Origin: Octopus vulgaris
Taxonomy: Eukaryota
Assembly (NCBI GenBank): GCA_951406725.2
Contig: OX597833.1
Coordinates: 35,278,001 to 35,342,000 of the forward strand
DNA length: 64,000 nt
Direction of reading: 5' to 3'
Each line of letters starts with the position of its first letter. Within the stretch, counting starts at the first letter, position 1. Below, piece after piece: positions 26,354 through 40,168 of this stretch. The notes under the pieces were generated by a model, which was not told the origin of the DNA, ran no database searches, and worked only from the letters and a program-made list of their open reading frames with translations. The position numbers were made by a program, and so were the translations under genes.

Positions 26354-27206
26354 CATGTGTGTATACAAATATATATCAATACGTAGTTTACCTGTTTCCA
26401 CGTGTTTATTTTTCATAATTGAGTCACAAGACTAATGGTGTCTTGACGAACCTGTTTGTCGTGAAATAGAATTTAATTCAAGAGCATGGCAGTGTCTACA
26501 AAATGCTGAGGTAAAAAGGTCAGACACTATGCTTAAGGCTTCAAGTGCAAAGACAACACAATAAGAAATGACAAAACACAGTAGAGTGTAATAACCGCAA
26601 CAATAAATGATCCTCATTGTAATAGTAACAAACGCTTAAGAGAAGCTAGTAGCAAAAATAAACACCTGTAAGTGTAATAACTTCAATAAAAATCAAAGGA
26701 GATCGCAGATTATGAGATCACTGTACCAGCAACGCGCCTAACAATGCCTGTGACATTTATAATAAAAAGAAGCGAAACAATTAAGCGATAATTGTCGTTC
26801 TTTATAAAGATGATCGTGTTTCAGTATACAAGGATAACTTGATACAATTAGGTTTACACAAAAAGAAGACTAAAAGAGATTCGTGTGACTGTTTAATAAT
26901 AGATAGACAACCACTTCTAGCATCGGGAATTTATAATGCAAAGCAATTTGCTAACGTGATCTGATCTATCGAGAAGAAGAAAGGTGCAAGGCAACCACTG
27001 TGTGCTAGTTATCTTTGCTAGACACTTGTTGAAAAATAGTGTCCTTGAGCTAAAGAAAGCTTAAAAGAACTGCGTTTCTGTTTACCTTCATAACGATTTT
27101 CTTTTTCAAACAATTCTCTCTCAATTTCTCCCTCTCCCTCTCTCTCTCTCTCTATGCACACACACACGCACATGTTTATACATACATACATACATACATA
27201 CATACA

Positions 27207-27242
<36 letters not shown>

Positions 27243-27790
27243 TATATACATATATATATATACATGCATACATACATACATACATACATACATACATACA
27301 TACATACATACATACATACATACATACATACATACATACATACATACATACGTACATACATACGTGTGTGTGCGTAAGTGAGTGTATATGTACAGAAATT
27401 CATCACGTTATCACGTTACGAAAGTGATGCGTTCCCGAAAATATTGTCGTATCTTGAAGCCCTGTATTGCGAAATTTATTTTCACGCTGATTTTTATATT
27501 ATAAAGTGAGATGTGTTACGACAATTTCCTTTTCTTCTTTTTCTTTGAAACAATAAGAAAACAAGTAGCACAACCACTTTTATGCACGGAAATAACAATT
27601 TCTAAGCATCCACAATACAATATGTGTATAAATAAACATTTCTAGAGAAACGCGTTAGGGTCTAAGTAAGAATCGTAATATATTAATAATGTATGTTGTT
27701 ACCACACAAGATGTTGACTACTGGGTGAGTGGTGGTGGAATGAGAGTTACCGGGAGGAGGAGGTGGGACACTGTCTTTTATTTTATACTG

Positions 27791-28387
27791 TACTAGCAGT
27801 ATTGCTCGGCTCAACGGGGATTTCAGGGGAGAGTTTCAGGGAGTCGCTGGCGATGTATCGTGATGATCAAAAATCCGGCCTGCTAAAATTTGGTTAAAGT
27901 GATTCAAACTGCAGACTCAACGCAAAATGGTCACATTTAATTCAAAGCGTTAAAAATGTTATGAAAACAATTGGTATTTGTTCACAAAGTCCAAACGATT
28001 AACACGAAAAAACCCTCCAGGTTACATCCTGAAAATTCATTTCTTTGCCGAATTTCTACAATGTTTACGGCGATTCGTTTTTATATCTTGATTTTTTAAA
28101 TTTTTCATGCAATTTACGCATGCTTGCACGCGTGGTGAACACAGTTCACGTCAAACAGCTGACTGAGTAAAGTTCACTATTCAATGCATGGGATAAGGGC
28201 TAAACAAACACATTATAGATTTTTGCACTTGCGAGATGAATTTCGGAACAGAATAGCGCAGTTCAATTTTCATTCACCTAAACTTTAAGTGACCCTATTT
28301 TGGTGGTTCTACGATTTGTTGGCTAGGAGGAGATGTGCCGGGAAGTTAAACACACAGACACACAAGTTGAGTTTTATATATATAGAT
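27791..28387. mobile_element. Probable non-autonomous Helitron-like element
   Basis: Ends tACTAGcagtattgctcggc... and ...cacacagacacacaagttgagttttatatatatagat; on the minus strand these are the TC...CTAG termini typical of invertebrate non-autonomous Helitrons. Confidence 0.55.
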
Positions 28388-28868
28388 TATCAACTTCTGC
28401 TTGAGGAGTGAAGAACTTACACAAAGTTGCCTGATAATTATGGTGCTGCATCTCTTTGCTCAGCTCAGTGTCGGAACTTAGCTCATTGTAAACTATTCTT
28501 GTAATTTGTATGTCACATTCACATTTAGGGTCGTTTTCAGGAAAAATTGCCGACCTTCTTCTATAAGTTCTAAGCTTCTAACAACATTATTTGTAGTAAA
28601 TTTAAACGGAGTTGCTGGAATTTCCGTATTTTCATCTCTATTCTCGGTTTCCTCTTGTTCTACCAGCATAGTTCCTCGTTAGATAAACTTTTCTATTAGA
28701 CACTAGCAACTAAATCACATCATCCTCTGTGATTTATTGAAACCCTACATAATTTGCATGTCTCAATATATCTCTCTGTATTTCATGTAGACTTTTGCTT
28801 GTGGAAGAATTGTAAAGTCATGAAAACGATTAAGCTATGTATTTATCCAAGCATCATTCAAAGTTGGT

Positions 28869-28998
28869 GGAGGCGCGTGGCTTAGTGGTTAGGGTGTCAG
28901 GCATCATGGTCGTAAGATTGTGGTTTCGATTCCTGGACCGAGTGACGCGTTGTGTTCTTGAGCAAAACACTTTATTTCACGTTGCTCCAGTCCACTCA
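28869..28998 (+). mobile_element. SINE family C, 5' part
   Basis: ggaggcgcgtggcttagtggttagggtg (A-box), ggtttcgattcc (B-box), gtgttcttgagcaaaacacttt. Confidence 0.8.
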
Positions 28999-29057
<59 letters not shown>

Positions 29058-29059
29058 TT

Positions 29060-29256
29060 AGTCGCCATGATAGATCATTAGCCACTTCACACATTTTTTT
29101 CTCTCTTTGTTTCTCTCCTTGTTTTTTCTGTGTCCCTTTCTGTAGAAGAGCGTAGGCTCGAAACGTAAAGGACTTTTTCTATTCCTGAGCGTTATACTAA
29201 TGCATGTTTGTTTTGTACACCACCTGTCTTCGTCTTTTGTTTTTTTCTTAAACTCT

Positions 29257-29260
<4 letters not shown>
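29060..29260 (+). mobile_element. Short HHR-bearing repeat (H1-related subfamily), copy 3
   Basis: gtcccttt-CTGTAGA-a-GAGC-gtag-GCTC-GAAA-CG-TA-aaggac at 29132-29173; between (TA)n arrays. Confidence 0.75.
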
Positions 29261-29305
<45 letters not shown>

Positions 29306-29308
<3 letters not shown>

Positions 29309-29790
29309 TAAGTAATTAAGGGTTTAGCAACGATTTGCCTCACCACCACACACCGAATTTAGAAATAGCAGTCAAAAAGTTTTGGCTATTCTTTCTACTT
29401 AAAAGGGAGATCCCAGTAAAACCAAAGAACTTAAAAAGCAAACGACGCAGGCAACAGAGAAAGAAATGACGAAAATCATTCTATATTAAGTCACCTATGG
29501 ACGTACGTTTCGGAATTAAGTCATTGCAGAGCATAAAAATTAAATAATTATGTCTTACCTGACTATTTTCCTCCTCAGCGTAGGACTCTTCAATCATAAA
29601 TAATTGCGTCTCAATCATTAATAATTGTGCATTAAATTTAAAGGCACTAGAAGACATCACCTCAAATCGTTGCTAAACCCTTAATTACTTAGTATTACTT
29701 AAACCTTCCTTGAATGGGGCTTTTACATGCCGAACTCTACTTGGTGAAATTAATGATTATTTCTAAATTAATTAATTTCACCCTTTATTA
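29306..29790 (-). mobile_element. HHR-bearing element with 32-bp perfect inverted repeats and a one-sided extension
   Basis: tactaagtaattaagggtttagcaacgatttg (29306-29337) mirrors 29663-29694; flanked by (TA)n on both sides. Confidence 0.8.
29494..29584 (-). ncRNA. Type I hammerhead ribozyme motif with canonical core
   Basis: Minus strand: cctacg-CTGAGGA-ggaa.aat.agtca...tgact.taa.ttcc-GAAA-CG-TA-cgtccatagg. G10.1-C11.1 pair, long stem II, bulged stem I. Confidence 0.75.
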
Positions 29791-29791
29791 T

Positions 29792-29836
<45 letters not shown>

Positions 29837-30310
29837 TGTATACACATATACACATATGCATAGATGCCCATAGGACGTCAACAACCGTAAACAATAAGAA
29901 CACAAATGAGTTCAATACGTAAACGATAAGAGAAACAAATAGAAAATAGGACAGTGGAGATATACAAGAAAACAGAACGAAAATAAACATGGAGGGTCGT
30001 TAGACAAGAACGAGAGTAAAATAGCTAACGCTGGAGAAATATTTTCTTTGAAAAGAGAAAAGATAGAAGAGGAAGATAGAATACGTCCAAGTTTTATGAC
30101 AGTCCTGAAAGAAAAGAAAGATGGACGATGGTCACGTGTGAGCAATGATAGAAGGAAAAGAGGGAGAGAGTGAGGGAGACAGATACAAATCGGTGAAGAG
30201 GAGAAAATGGGACTTAGAAACGGATGGGGAGAAAACAGTATACAGCAGAGCTGCATCAAAAATATATATACTATGTATATATATATATTATGAATATATA
30301 TATAAATATA

Positions 30311-30530
30311 TACTCTTTTACTCTTTTACCCTTTTACTTGTTTCAGTCATTTGACTGTGGCCATGCTGAAGCGCCGCCTTTAGTCGAGCAAATCGACCCC
30401 AGGACTTATTCTTTGTAAGCCTAGTACTTATTATATCGGGCTCTTTTTGCCGAACCGCTAAGTTACGGCGACGTAAACACACCAGCATCCGTTGTCAAGC
30501 GATGTTGGGGGGACAAACACGGACACACAA
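30311..30530 (-). mobile_element. SINE family A, 3' half
   Basis: Close match to 31553-31760; (tactcttt)n tail. Confidence 0.88.
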
Positions 30531-30536
30531 ACACAT

Positions 30537-30567
<31 letters not shown>

Positions 30568-30603
30568 CATATACGTATACATACACACTTATATAGATAT
30601 ATG

Positions 30604-30664
<61 letters not shown>

Positions 30665-31552
30665 GCATGAGTAACATGAAAAAGTGTGTATTGCATATAT
30701 AGTTTACTTATACCTACGCGCGCGCACACACAAACACACACACACACATTCATATAGACACACACGCGTGCACACACATATATATTCCCATTACATTTAA
30801 CTTTTGTTCCATATAAATTTACTTCCATGCATTTTTTTCTGTAAACTAGTTTTTGTTTTTCCATGATTCATATTACTTCTATCTCTTTATATATTTTGAA
30901 TTAATTCTACTTTCTGTATATTCTGTCTCGTACATTTTCATTCTTCGTATATCTTTCCATCATTTCAGTTAATCTTTCTCAACATAGCATAGTTTTCACC
31001 CTTTTTCACACGTAACAGTCCTTCCTCCCCACGCTTATCTCCAATTCAATTTTCATTTGATGTTTAATATTTGCAACTTAGTTTATTTAAATTTCGTGAG
31101 ATTCACTTAAGCATCGCTCACAATTAAACGATTCTTAGCTCTGCATGTGTGGAATAGTAAAATACAATACGAAGAGTTTCTCGAAAATAAGGTAGATATA
31201 GTTTGCTCTTTTATGTAAGATTGAATATATGCCAAAAATCTGATATCAGTTTCTCGATTCGGTATTGCCGAACAAGTATTCCGAAAATTGTTCAGACTGA
31301 ATATGGCAAATCTTTACCATTGATTATACATAAAACGAGTGTTTTACTCTTCATAATACTCTCATATGTTTTCAATGTATATTAATGACGAGACGATTAC
31401 AATGCAAGATGACCCACAGCATAAGTTGGTGGATTTGGTAACAACATTTTCTTTCTGTTTCATTTATACGCCATTAATCGCTTAGTTAAATGAATATAAG
31501 ACACCTACGTATACCTATCATGATAAAATTAATACACATACTCTCTCTCTCC

Positions 31553-31769
31553 CTCTTTACTCTTTTACTTGTTTCAGTCATTTGACTGCGGCCATGCTGG
31601 AGCACCGCCTTTAATCGAGCCACTCGACCCCGGGACTTATTCTTTGCAAGCCCAGTACTTATTCTATCGGTCTCTTTTGCCGAACCGCTAAGTAACGGGG
31701 ACATAAACACACCAGCATCGGTTGTCAAGCAATGCTAGGGGAACTAACACAAACACACAAACACACACA

Positions 31770-31832
<63 letters not shown>

Positions 31833-31964
31833 CGACGGGCTCACAAGGCTTTGGTTGGCCCGAGGCTATAGTAGGACACTTGCCCAAGTTGCCACGCAGT
31901 GGGACTGAACCCGGAACCTTGTGGTTGGTAAACAAGCTACTTACCACACAGCCACTCCTGCGCC
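31553..31964 (-). mobile_element. SINE family A, full length (tRNA head, ttgggcaagt core, internal (TA)n, gtaaaaga tail)
   Basis: Minus strand starts ggcgcaggagtggctgtgtggtaagtagc and has B-box ggttccgggttcagtccc. Confidence 0.9.
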
Positions 31965-32019
31965 TATTCATGATACATATATACGTATCATGAACAATTC
32001 CATCACAATGCTGTTTTAT

Positions 32020-33400
32020 ACCCAAGAAAAGGATGTTATACTAGTAAAGCAAGTTAAGGAAATCGTTAGAAAATCATTTAATTAGCTTTTGTGCTCTGTG
32101 CTCCTTATTGCTAAATAACGAAGCTATTCTGAATATATCTTCATCTTGCAACCACACCAGTTACCACATCTTTAACCATTCTTTACCAAATCTAGAGTTG
32201 AATTTTCATCTGCACAACACTTTCCTTCAGTTGATACGCAGAACAAGCTGTTATTTTAAATTCGTCATCATGTATACAGAAAAATTATAAAACTATCAGT
32301 TTCCATCTGTTCTACGTGAATATACGGCAGATTTTTTACATTTGATGCAATACACAAAACGATCTGTAGATTAAAGGTGTCATTATTCTATCTCTTTTGT
32401 GCCAAATGTCCTTATTTCCTGTAACAACCCGTTATCTTTTTAGTTTTTCTATCATCTATATAAAGAGAATGTAGGTCATTTGGTTGCTTTCAGATAACAC
32501 AATGGTCTGAAAAGAAAGTTTCGAAACTGCAAAGAATACAAAAATATAAAATTATAATCATTTTGTTTGACATTGCTGATACATTATGAGAATCAGATGT
32601 ATATTAGTCAATTATATCTAGTTATGCCACATAAATATCTTGAAACTTTTGTCTATACAGTAGAACATTAAAGATTAATAATGTAACAATATCTCCGAAT
32701 ACATTCTTTATCATTACCATTTAATACTAAGCACAGGAGATTGAGGTTAAACTTCTTCCTCGCTGTGTTAGCGGTTTATATTAAATACGGATATTTGGTG
32801 TCAAATTATTGATAATGTGAATAAAATTAAAATGAGGATTAATTAATTTTATATGTAAGACTAGGTTTCAAAGATTTTCCAACATTTGAAACATATTCTC
32901 GGTCTAATGATACAAGTTACCAAACTGTATAGTCGACCTTATCATAATGGGAAGCTGAATCTGCTCACATGGGCATTACCACTATCACATAGATGATGTT
33001 ACAGATTCATGTATATATAATGTTTGAGTAGAGACCCATTTTCGCATTTCCATAAATGCTTCTTCACCGATAATGCCTTTTATATTTAAAAAAAACCCCC
33101 TGAATATGTGTTCTCTTGGTGACAGGTATTCACAAGCATAATTTCTTTCCTAGATGTCCATAAATAGAAATACTGAGTATTCAAAATAATGTGCAATGAG
33201 ACAATTCGATCATCAGTAGCTTGAACACAAATCTATAACAACATCGCAACCTTGTTACTTGGATCAAACTGTATATTTCAAAATGAACCATTTATATCTT
33301 AACCCAGCTCAGATACATTTGCTATTAAAGCGTTACGTCAATCGTTTGAAATAGGAGTTTAATCATTAGAAATATTATTGGAATGTTTTGTTAGCCTTCC
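32020..33400 (-). mobile_element. Possible ancient hAT (Charlie/Buster-like) transposase relic
   Basis: Minus-strand PISND*RNALIANVSE (cf. PLSN.TV.RRI..MS), QFDPS (cf. QLDES) and TCIIRPR (cf. HCIIHRE) occur in the correct order. Heavily decayed. Confidence 0.35.
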
Positions 33401-35287
33401 ATCACAAATTACTCCTCTCGTCTGCTTGTCTCTATGTATGTCTGTCCGTCCCTATCTCTCTCTTCTATAGATATTTTAAAGTATATTACTCTCCTGAGTT
33501 GAACCATGCTATATACCTTGACTGCACAACAAAATTGCATGGCTCTTGTTCCCAAAATATATATTAATTTTCTACATTCCTAACTAAATACTTTTCATTC
33601 ATTTCGTTCTAAAATTACCTTTACTTTAGAAATCTCGTTTTTCTATTGAATAGTAACCAACTTGAAAGATCAAATTAACATGTATCATAAAAACCTTTGC
33701 CCATTCAAGACATCTTGAATAAATGTTCTTTCTATCCTACTGGAACTAACATTAAAATCCAGACGATGAAATCTAAAATATAATTTTAACTTTGAAAAGA
33801 AGCCATATTAATGTTGTGCTATAGTCAGGTAAGGAACGATTTCATTACAGATAGAGGTTTTTTTTACAGGTAATTATATAGCCCAGTACTAATTGCTTTT
33901 GATCGAGTGGTTGGCTTGCCCAGTGAAAGTGGCGTGTGGGTACTCATAGCCCACAAATCCTGTCAAAGATGGACCAGAGCTCCTTGAAAGTCAACACACC
34001 GATAACCAAAGAATGAGATGGGCGCCATAAGCATTGTGAAGACAAATGTACATTTGGAAAGGAATTTACACCAACATCGTACTGGAAAACACAAAACTGA
34101 GCGGAAACGAAAAGATTGTTAAAAAAATTAGGTATTCCGACGACAAGAATGATATGGAACGACTAAATAGAAGAATAGGAGACAATTTAATTTAGTAAAA
34201 TTGTTCTTAAATGTTTGATAGTTCTCAACTGACTCAATAAAAGGCACCTAAAATAAATAAATAAGAGAGATCGTATATAAGAGGCAAATATTTAATATCG
34301 AATTGAAATAGTAGAGTATTTTTTTCCATAAAAATCATTGATTGATCGTAAATAAAAAATAAACTTAATAGAAAACAAAGTACAGTAGAGTTGCTGCAGA
34401 TAATTGTGAGCTAACCTGTATATAGTACTGTACCTATTTTCATGCTTGCAGGTTCAAAGTTTGAATATCTCTTTGGTTTGATTTGAATAGGCTATATTTT
34501 TATACGTAATTTTATATATACACAATAGGTTATTAAATGTTTATCATAGGTACAGTCTGTATAGAACAAATATGAATACAATCAGCAAAATCGTAAGAAT
34601 TGGCACATGACAACCATATTTCTGGCAAATAGTCAGGTGTTTGACGTTTATATTTTAATTATAAAAGTTTTCATATTAACTCATGTTATCGGAAGAATAC
34701 ATGAGACATTATATGGTGTCGTTTCTTTTCATTTTAAAATGTTTACCTTATAATTAATTTAAGATAGTACCCTTAAACAAAAATGCTATAGGCCCTCAGT
34801 TAACAATTTTTCACTATCTTATGTATCACATTTTGATTGAAGACAGCATTAATATAATTTAAATGAAAGGATCGCTAAGACATTGAAAATTGTAAATGTA
34901 ATGGAATAATTTTCTTGTATAAATGTACTGTCTGTTAGTTTTAAGTGAATAGAATTATGACGTATGGGTAAATTTGTACAGTATATTTTTACTCTATGAT
35001 ACTCATCCTCTGAAAGAAAAATAGTTTGCTTTAATTACAACACCCTTTCAAAATAATCTCTTGAACAGCATCAGTGTAAATATAGAAAACTGTTCCTTTT
35101 GTTTTTCGAAATTCTGATCATGGAAAAAAACTATTTTATAAATGTGATTATAAAAGTAACTCTCCGCTCAAGCTTGATAGGCTGATACGCATTCATCAAC
35201 TCTTTCCAATAAGAGACGAATTGTCAATTTGAAACTTGCACTGAACGTTAAATGTCCTGAATCAAGAAGTTATAACCTGAATTTAGA

Positions 35288-35832
35288 AGGCGGCGAGCTG
35301 GCAGAAACGTTAGCACGCCGGGCGAAATGCTTAGCGGTATTTCGTCTGCCGCTACGTTCTGAGTTCAAACTCCGCCGAGGTTGACTTTGCCTTTCATCCT
35401 TTCGGGGTCGATTAAATAAGTACCAGTTACGCACTGTGGGTAATACCTAGTTACGCCCCTTGTAGGGACTAAAGAAATAGGTATTTTGTCTGTCGCTACG
35501 TTCCGAGTTCAAATTCCATCGAGGTCGACTTTGCTTTTCATCCTTTCAGGGTCGATAAATTAAGTACCAGTTACGCACTGGGGTCGATGTAATCGACTCA
35601 ATCCGTTTATCTGTTCTTGTTTGTCCCCTCTGTGTTTAGCCTCTTGTGGGTAGTAAAGAAATAGGTATTTCGTCTGCCGTTACGTTCTGAGTTCAAATTC
35701 GACTTTGCCTTTCATCCTTTCGGGGTCGATAAACTAAGTACCAGTTACGCACTGGGGTCGATATAATTGACTTAATCCGTTTGTCTGTCCTTGTTTGTCC
35801 CCTCTGTGTTTAGCCCCTTGTGGGCAATAAGA
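35288..35832 (+). mobile_element. Head-to-tail trimer of SINE family B
   Basis: The first unit has the full head aggcggcgagctggcagaaacgttagc. Units 2 (~35480) and 3 (~35664) restart at ggtatttYgtctg after aagaaata. Each carries gagttcaaa and ctttcatcctttc.gggtcgat. Confidence 0.9.
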
Positions 35833-36999
35833 ATTTATAAGCTGCTGTATGTACTGATTCCTTCCAGGTACTCAAGACAATATCATATGGCATTAATCTA
35901 GTTTTGCTAGAGCACAATGTTTCATTCACCCTCTTTAGTTTACTCCTTTGTAATTCGATTTGAAATCCTATAAGCATAAAAACAACTGAAATCTGCAAGC
36001 AAAAATAGACTCGTGACAAACATTTACTCTTGGTTTAGCAGCATTTTAATTTTGCTCCATTTGATGGGTAAATGTAACAATAACATCTACAGCTGCTGCC
36101 GACTGATGAACATTTATGGATAGTGTTTTGTTGTTTTTCTGTGGCGGGGCGGGCGTAAATTATTCTTTTCGAATATTTATGAGATACGAACCTCCTCCCG
36201 ATACTTTGTCCATTATCTTAGACTGTAAACTCCATAAAGTAGCAGCCATTGATGCATAACTCATCGTTGCATTGTTTCGGTTTGATACTCTTTACTCTGT
36301 CACTTCACCTCTTTAAAGCTAGCATTTCACATGTCTCCAGGATTTCCAAAGTTACTGACTCGGGTCGTTAATTCTATATTTTTTTTATTCACTCCTTAAA
36401 ACAAAGCAATAAATAAACAAAATGAGGATATAACAATGTAATATCGATCAGATACTAGGCATTTTATTACGGAGGTTCTTTTGTTGCTAAGATAGAAATG
36501 GCAAAAATAGGTTCGTGTTTCAACATCGCGCTCTATAAATTTCGGAGAAATGAAAAGAAAAAACCCCTTCTTCCTATTTCACAAAAAGACTACCAATAAA
36601 GCTGAGGGGACAGGAGCACCAGTCGGTGTCGTCATACATGCTTAGCAAGTGGACTTGTCACTAGAAAGTAGTACGAGGAGCAGCTCTCCCTTATGCACAT
36701 AAATCAATATATTTGATAATCGAATGGGATCCTCTAGCACACATGCAGTCAGAATCCTTGCGGGCCTCTCGAATTTACCTTCTACAAAGTAATGCTCAGA
36801 GAGGACCATCATCGTATTTATCAGAGCACTTAGTTAGAATGCATATCAATGGCCATCTTCACTACCATTGTTAGTGAAGAAATAATTAAATAGTAATTAA
36901 GTTATATAATATCAGCAATTGTTTTAATGTTTATATATTAAGGTGGCAAGCTGGCAGAATTGTTACCACATCAGACAAAATGCTATGCGCCATTTCTAC

Positions 37000-37750
37000 T
37001 GGAAGGTAATAGAGCAGAGATAAAAGGCACTCAAAAAGCGACTTAGCTGGAACGATTTGAGGCGTGTGGCACCTCTTAGAATAAGTTTTATCTTCAGCTC
37101 TGTCTATGATCTCCTGCCTTCGAATATGAACCTAGTGAAATGGCGCAAATCAGGTAATCCTGAATGACAATTCTGTCGGGGTAGGTAGACAATGAAACAT
37201 GTTCTGGTTTCCTGCAGTGTAACACTAACCCAAGAAAGATACACGTGGAGGCATAATCGAGTGCTTAAGGAGATCGTATGCGTGATAAGTATTTCGAGAA
37301 TAAAACCAAAATCTCCAACAACATTCTAGCGTCAGAAGGCAGTAAATTATGGCCAGGAACAGCTATGCCATATGGGGCACGGGAATGGAGACTTCTGAGT
37401 GTAAGGATGACTGGGAGCCAACCTTATAGGATCATCAAAAAACAATCAGGAAGAGTACTCCATTCCATTTCATTAAAGCAACTGATTTTGATTGAACTCA
37501 CCGTAACGTTTGAAATAAGAACAGAAGAAGCACACTGAAAAACACGCCATTGTGGCCAACAGCCTGAAGGAAGCAAACCTCCGGGTCAAGGTACTCGTCA
37601 TTGAGATTGGAGTCAGAGGTTTTGTGGGCAATACTGCTTACGATCTAATGAAACAACACTCAGTTTCTGGAAAGAACAAGGCGAAAGCCCTAAAAGCAAT
37701 ATCAGAAATAATAAAGAGATGATCCAACTGAATCTGGTCGAGGAGGCACA
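37000..37750 (+). pseudogene. 3' fragment of a HERO-like (restriction-like endonuclease) non-LTR retrotransposon
   Basis: SWNDLRRVAPLRISFIFSSVYDLLPS..NLVKW...E*QFC...TMKHVLVSC...QERYTWRHNRVL (decayed CCHC knuckle), LILIELTVTFE..TEEAH, EIGVRGFVG, IWSRR; contains stops and frameshifts. Confidence 0.85.
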
Positions 37751-38089
37751 AAACGCCCTTCATACCGTTTAAAAGAAATATTTTTGTGTTTTAGCGCTAA
37801 GGGAAGTAACTCTCAGTAAGTCAGTGTGATAGCGTTGACGTTTCAAGCCTACAGTGACTGCCAACATTATTTCTTCTTTCAATGTAAGTTTGAAAGCTGA
37901 GTCAACTGAAAGGCGTTACAATTATATAAAATCTCCAGGCGATCTAAATGCACAAGTCTTCAAGTGGCTAAAAAGTGTCATCAGAAAGATACCCAGCCCC
38001 CTTAGAGAGTAAGAAGATAAGGGATGAAACACTTGCCTGTTGGGGGTTTCTTTTGTGGAGACCTACTGCTGTTCAGCTTATATTGAGAG

Positions 38090-38300
38090 TTTCTTATCAC
38101 TGAGTTCAAATTTCACCGAAGTTGGCTTTGTCTCTCATCCCTTTCAGGGTTGATAAACTGAATACTAATTGAGAAACGACATCAATGCATTACGTCCTTT
38201 CTGGGTCGATAAAATATGTAGTAATTGAGGACTGAGGTCATTGTAATCGACTAGCCGCCCCCCACCTGATAAAATTTCAGGCGTTGTGCCTGCAGTTGAA
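38090..38300 (+). mobile_element. SINE family B 3' part (its likely 5' part lies at 36941-36997)
   Basis: ctgagttcaaatttcaccgaagttggctttg...catccctttcagggttgataaa; the matching head aggtggcaagctggcagaattgttacc...aaaatgct is at 36941. Confidence 0.65.
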
Positions 38301-39399
38301 AGAATTGCGTTTAGTTATTTGCATCTACAGCTAATTCTATAATTGTATATTTCCATCTATAATCCAAGGAAGCGCTGTAGAAAGAAATGGCCTCTAATAA
38401 TGAAGCGAAAAAAGATAATGATGGTTCCAAATTTTGGCACAAGTCCAGCATTTTAAGGGGACGGAATGAGCTCTAAGATTTTGCAATCGTGAGTGCCACA
38501 TACAAACGACCAGGCCACGTCCTCAGTGTATGTGTATATATATATATCTAATACTATAAATTATATATCATACATGAATGCATATATGCACGTACATATG
38601 TGTTTGTGAGTAAATGCGTTTGCACATGTATTCGTGTATGTGTATGTACATATGTGTGTGTAAGTATGTATATATAGTCATACACATATATATTATACAA
38701 ATACAGACAACACACTCTTTGTCTTATAAGTGTATGCGTGTGGACTGTACATTTAGTTTGAGTTTCGTATTCTAAGAATTCGCACAAATAACTAAAACTG
38801 CTTTTTGATAACATTTAATCTAAACTAAGCGTTCTTATAAATAGTGTTTGGCGTAAGGCCAGATAGTTATAGGTGTTTTCAATTGATTTCCAGTATATTA
38901 CGAAGAGGGAAAACCAAAGTCGACTACAGTGGTTCGTAAAGTCATGTTGTATATAGATTAACCAAATAATTTGAGACATTTTGCTCGGTCTTAACACGAC
39001 CCGGCTATTCAGCGCCATCCACTCATATAACTATAAACGACCTATCAACATAACTCAGTGAATAAAACGTTCCTTATATATCCTATATCGCTAATCCTTA
39101 GCAGAACCATACGATATCACCTAGACATGCATTAAATTCAAATCATCTACTCTACACGAAACAGAATAACAAACCACTTTATTCTACAGTAGTATTACGG
39201 TAATGTGATCTAGGATTAGACGGAGATTGCTTACTTAGTCAAAGTGCGGGAGCAATTAACTTACGTGTATGTATGTATGTATATATATATGTATGTGTGT
39301 GTAGGTGTATGTGTGTGTGTGTATGTACATATATATATATATATATATGTGCATGTGCGCGCGCGCGTATCTCAGTGTGTGTGCGTGTCTTTGTGTGAA

Positions 39400-39527
39400 C
39401 CTTCCATCATTTCGGGGTCGAGAAAATAAGTACCAGTTAAGAGCTGGGGTCGATGTAATCGACCAGTCCCTTCCCCAAAAAATTCAGGCCATGTCTTGTA
39501 GTAGAAGTTATTGTTGTTGTTATTGTC

Positions 39528-39572
<45 letters not shown>

Positions 39573-39670
39573 TTTATTAAAATGTGTACCAGTTGAACAC
39601 TGGGGTCGATGTAATCAAGTCATCCCCTCTCCAAAAATTGCTGTCCTTGTGGCAAAATTTGAAACCATTC
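39400..39670 (+). mobile_element. Two SINE family B 3' fragments separated by (TTA)n
   Basis: gtaccagtt...ctggggtcgatgtaatc occurs twice. Confidence 0.7.
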
Positions 39671-40076
39671 TTCTTCTTCTTCTTCTTCTTCTTCTTCTTC
39701 TTCTTGTTTTTATCATTACAATTAGTAGTCGTTTCGTTTTTAATATTACTATAATCATATTGCTATTACTACCTTTTCTAATTTCATTGTTATTATTGTT
39801 ATTATTATTATTATTATTATTAACTTGTTTTTTTTTTTGCTGAAGATACAAGCATATCATGTATGATGAAGTCGTTAAGCGCCCGAACAATGCATAATTT
39901 CATACATAATTAACCTTACATACTTTTAATGTGTAATGTGATTAGAAGTGGAGTCGTACTGAAGCAATTGGTACTGATGCGATGTTATTGCTTCATCTAT
40001 ATACCAGTATTATCAATATATCCATCCATCCATCCATCTATCCATCCATCCATCTATCCATCCATCCATCCATCCA

Positions 40077-40110
<34 letters not shown>

Positions 40111-40135
40111 CATACATACATACATACATGCATGC

Positions 40136-40166
<31 letters not shown>

Positions 40167-40168
40167 TA

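Noticed and set aside
37825-37885. Minus-strand GAAA-CG-TC as another hammerhead
   Set aside because: No intact CUGANGA or convincing stems I and II upstream.
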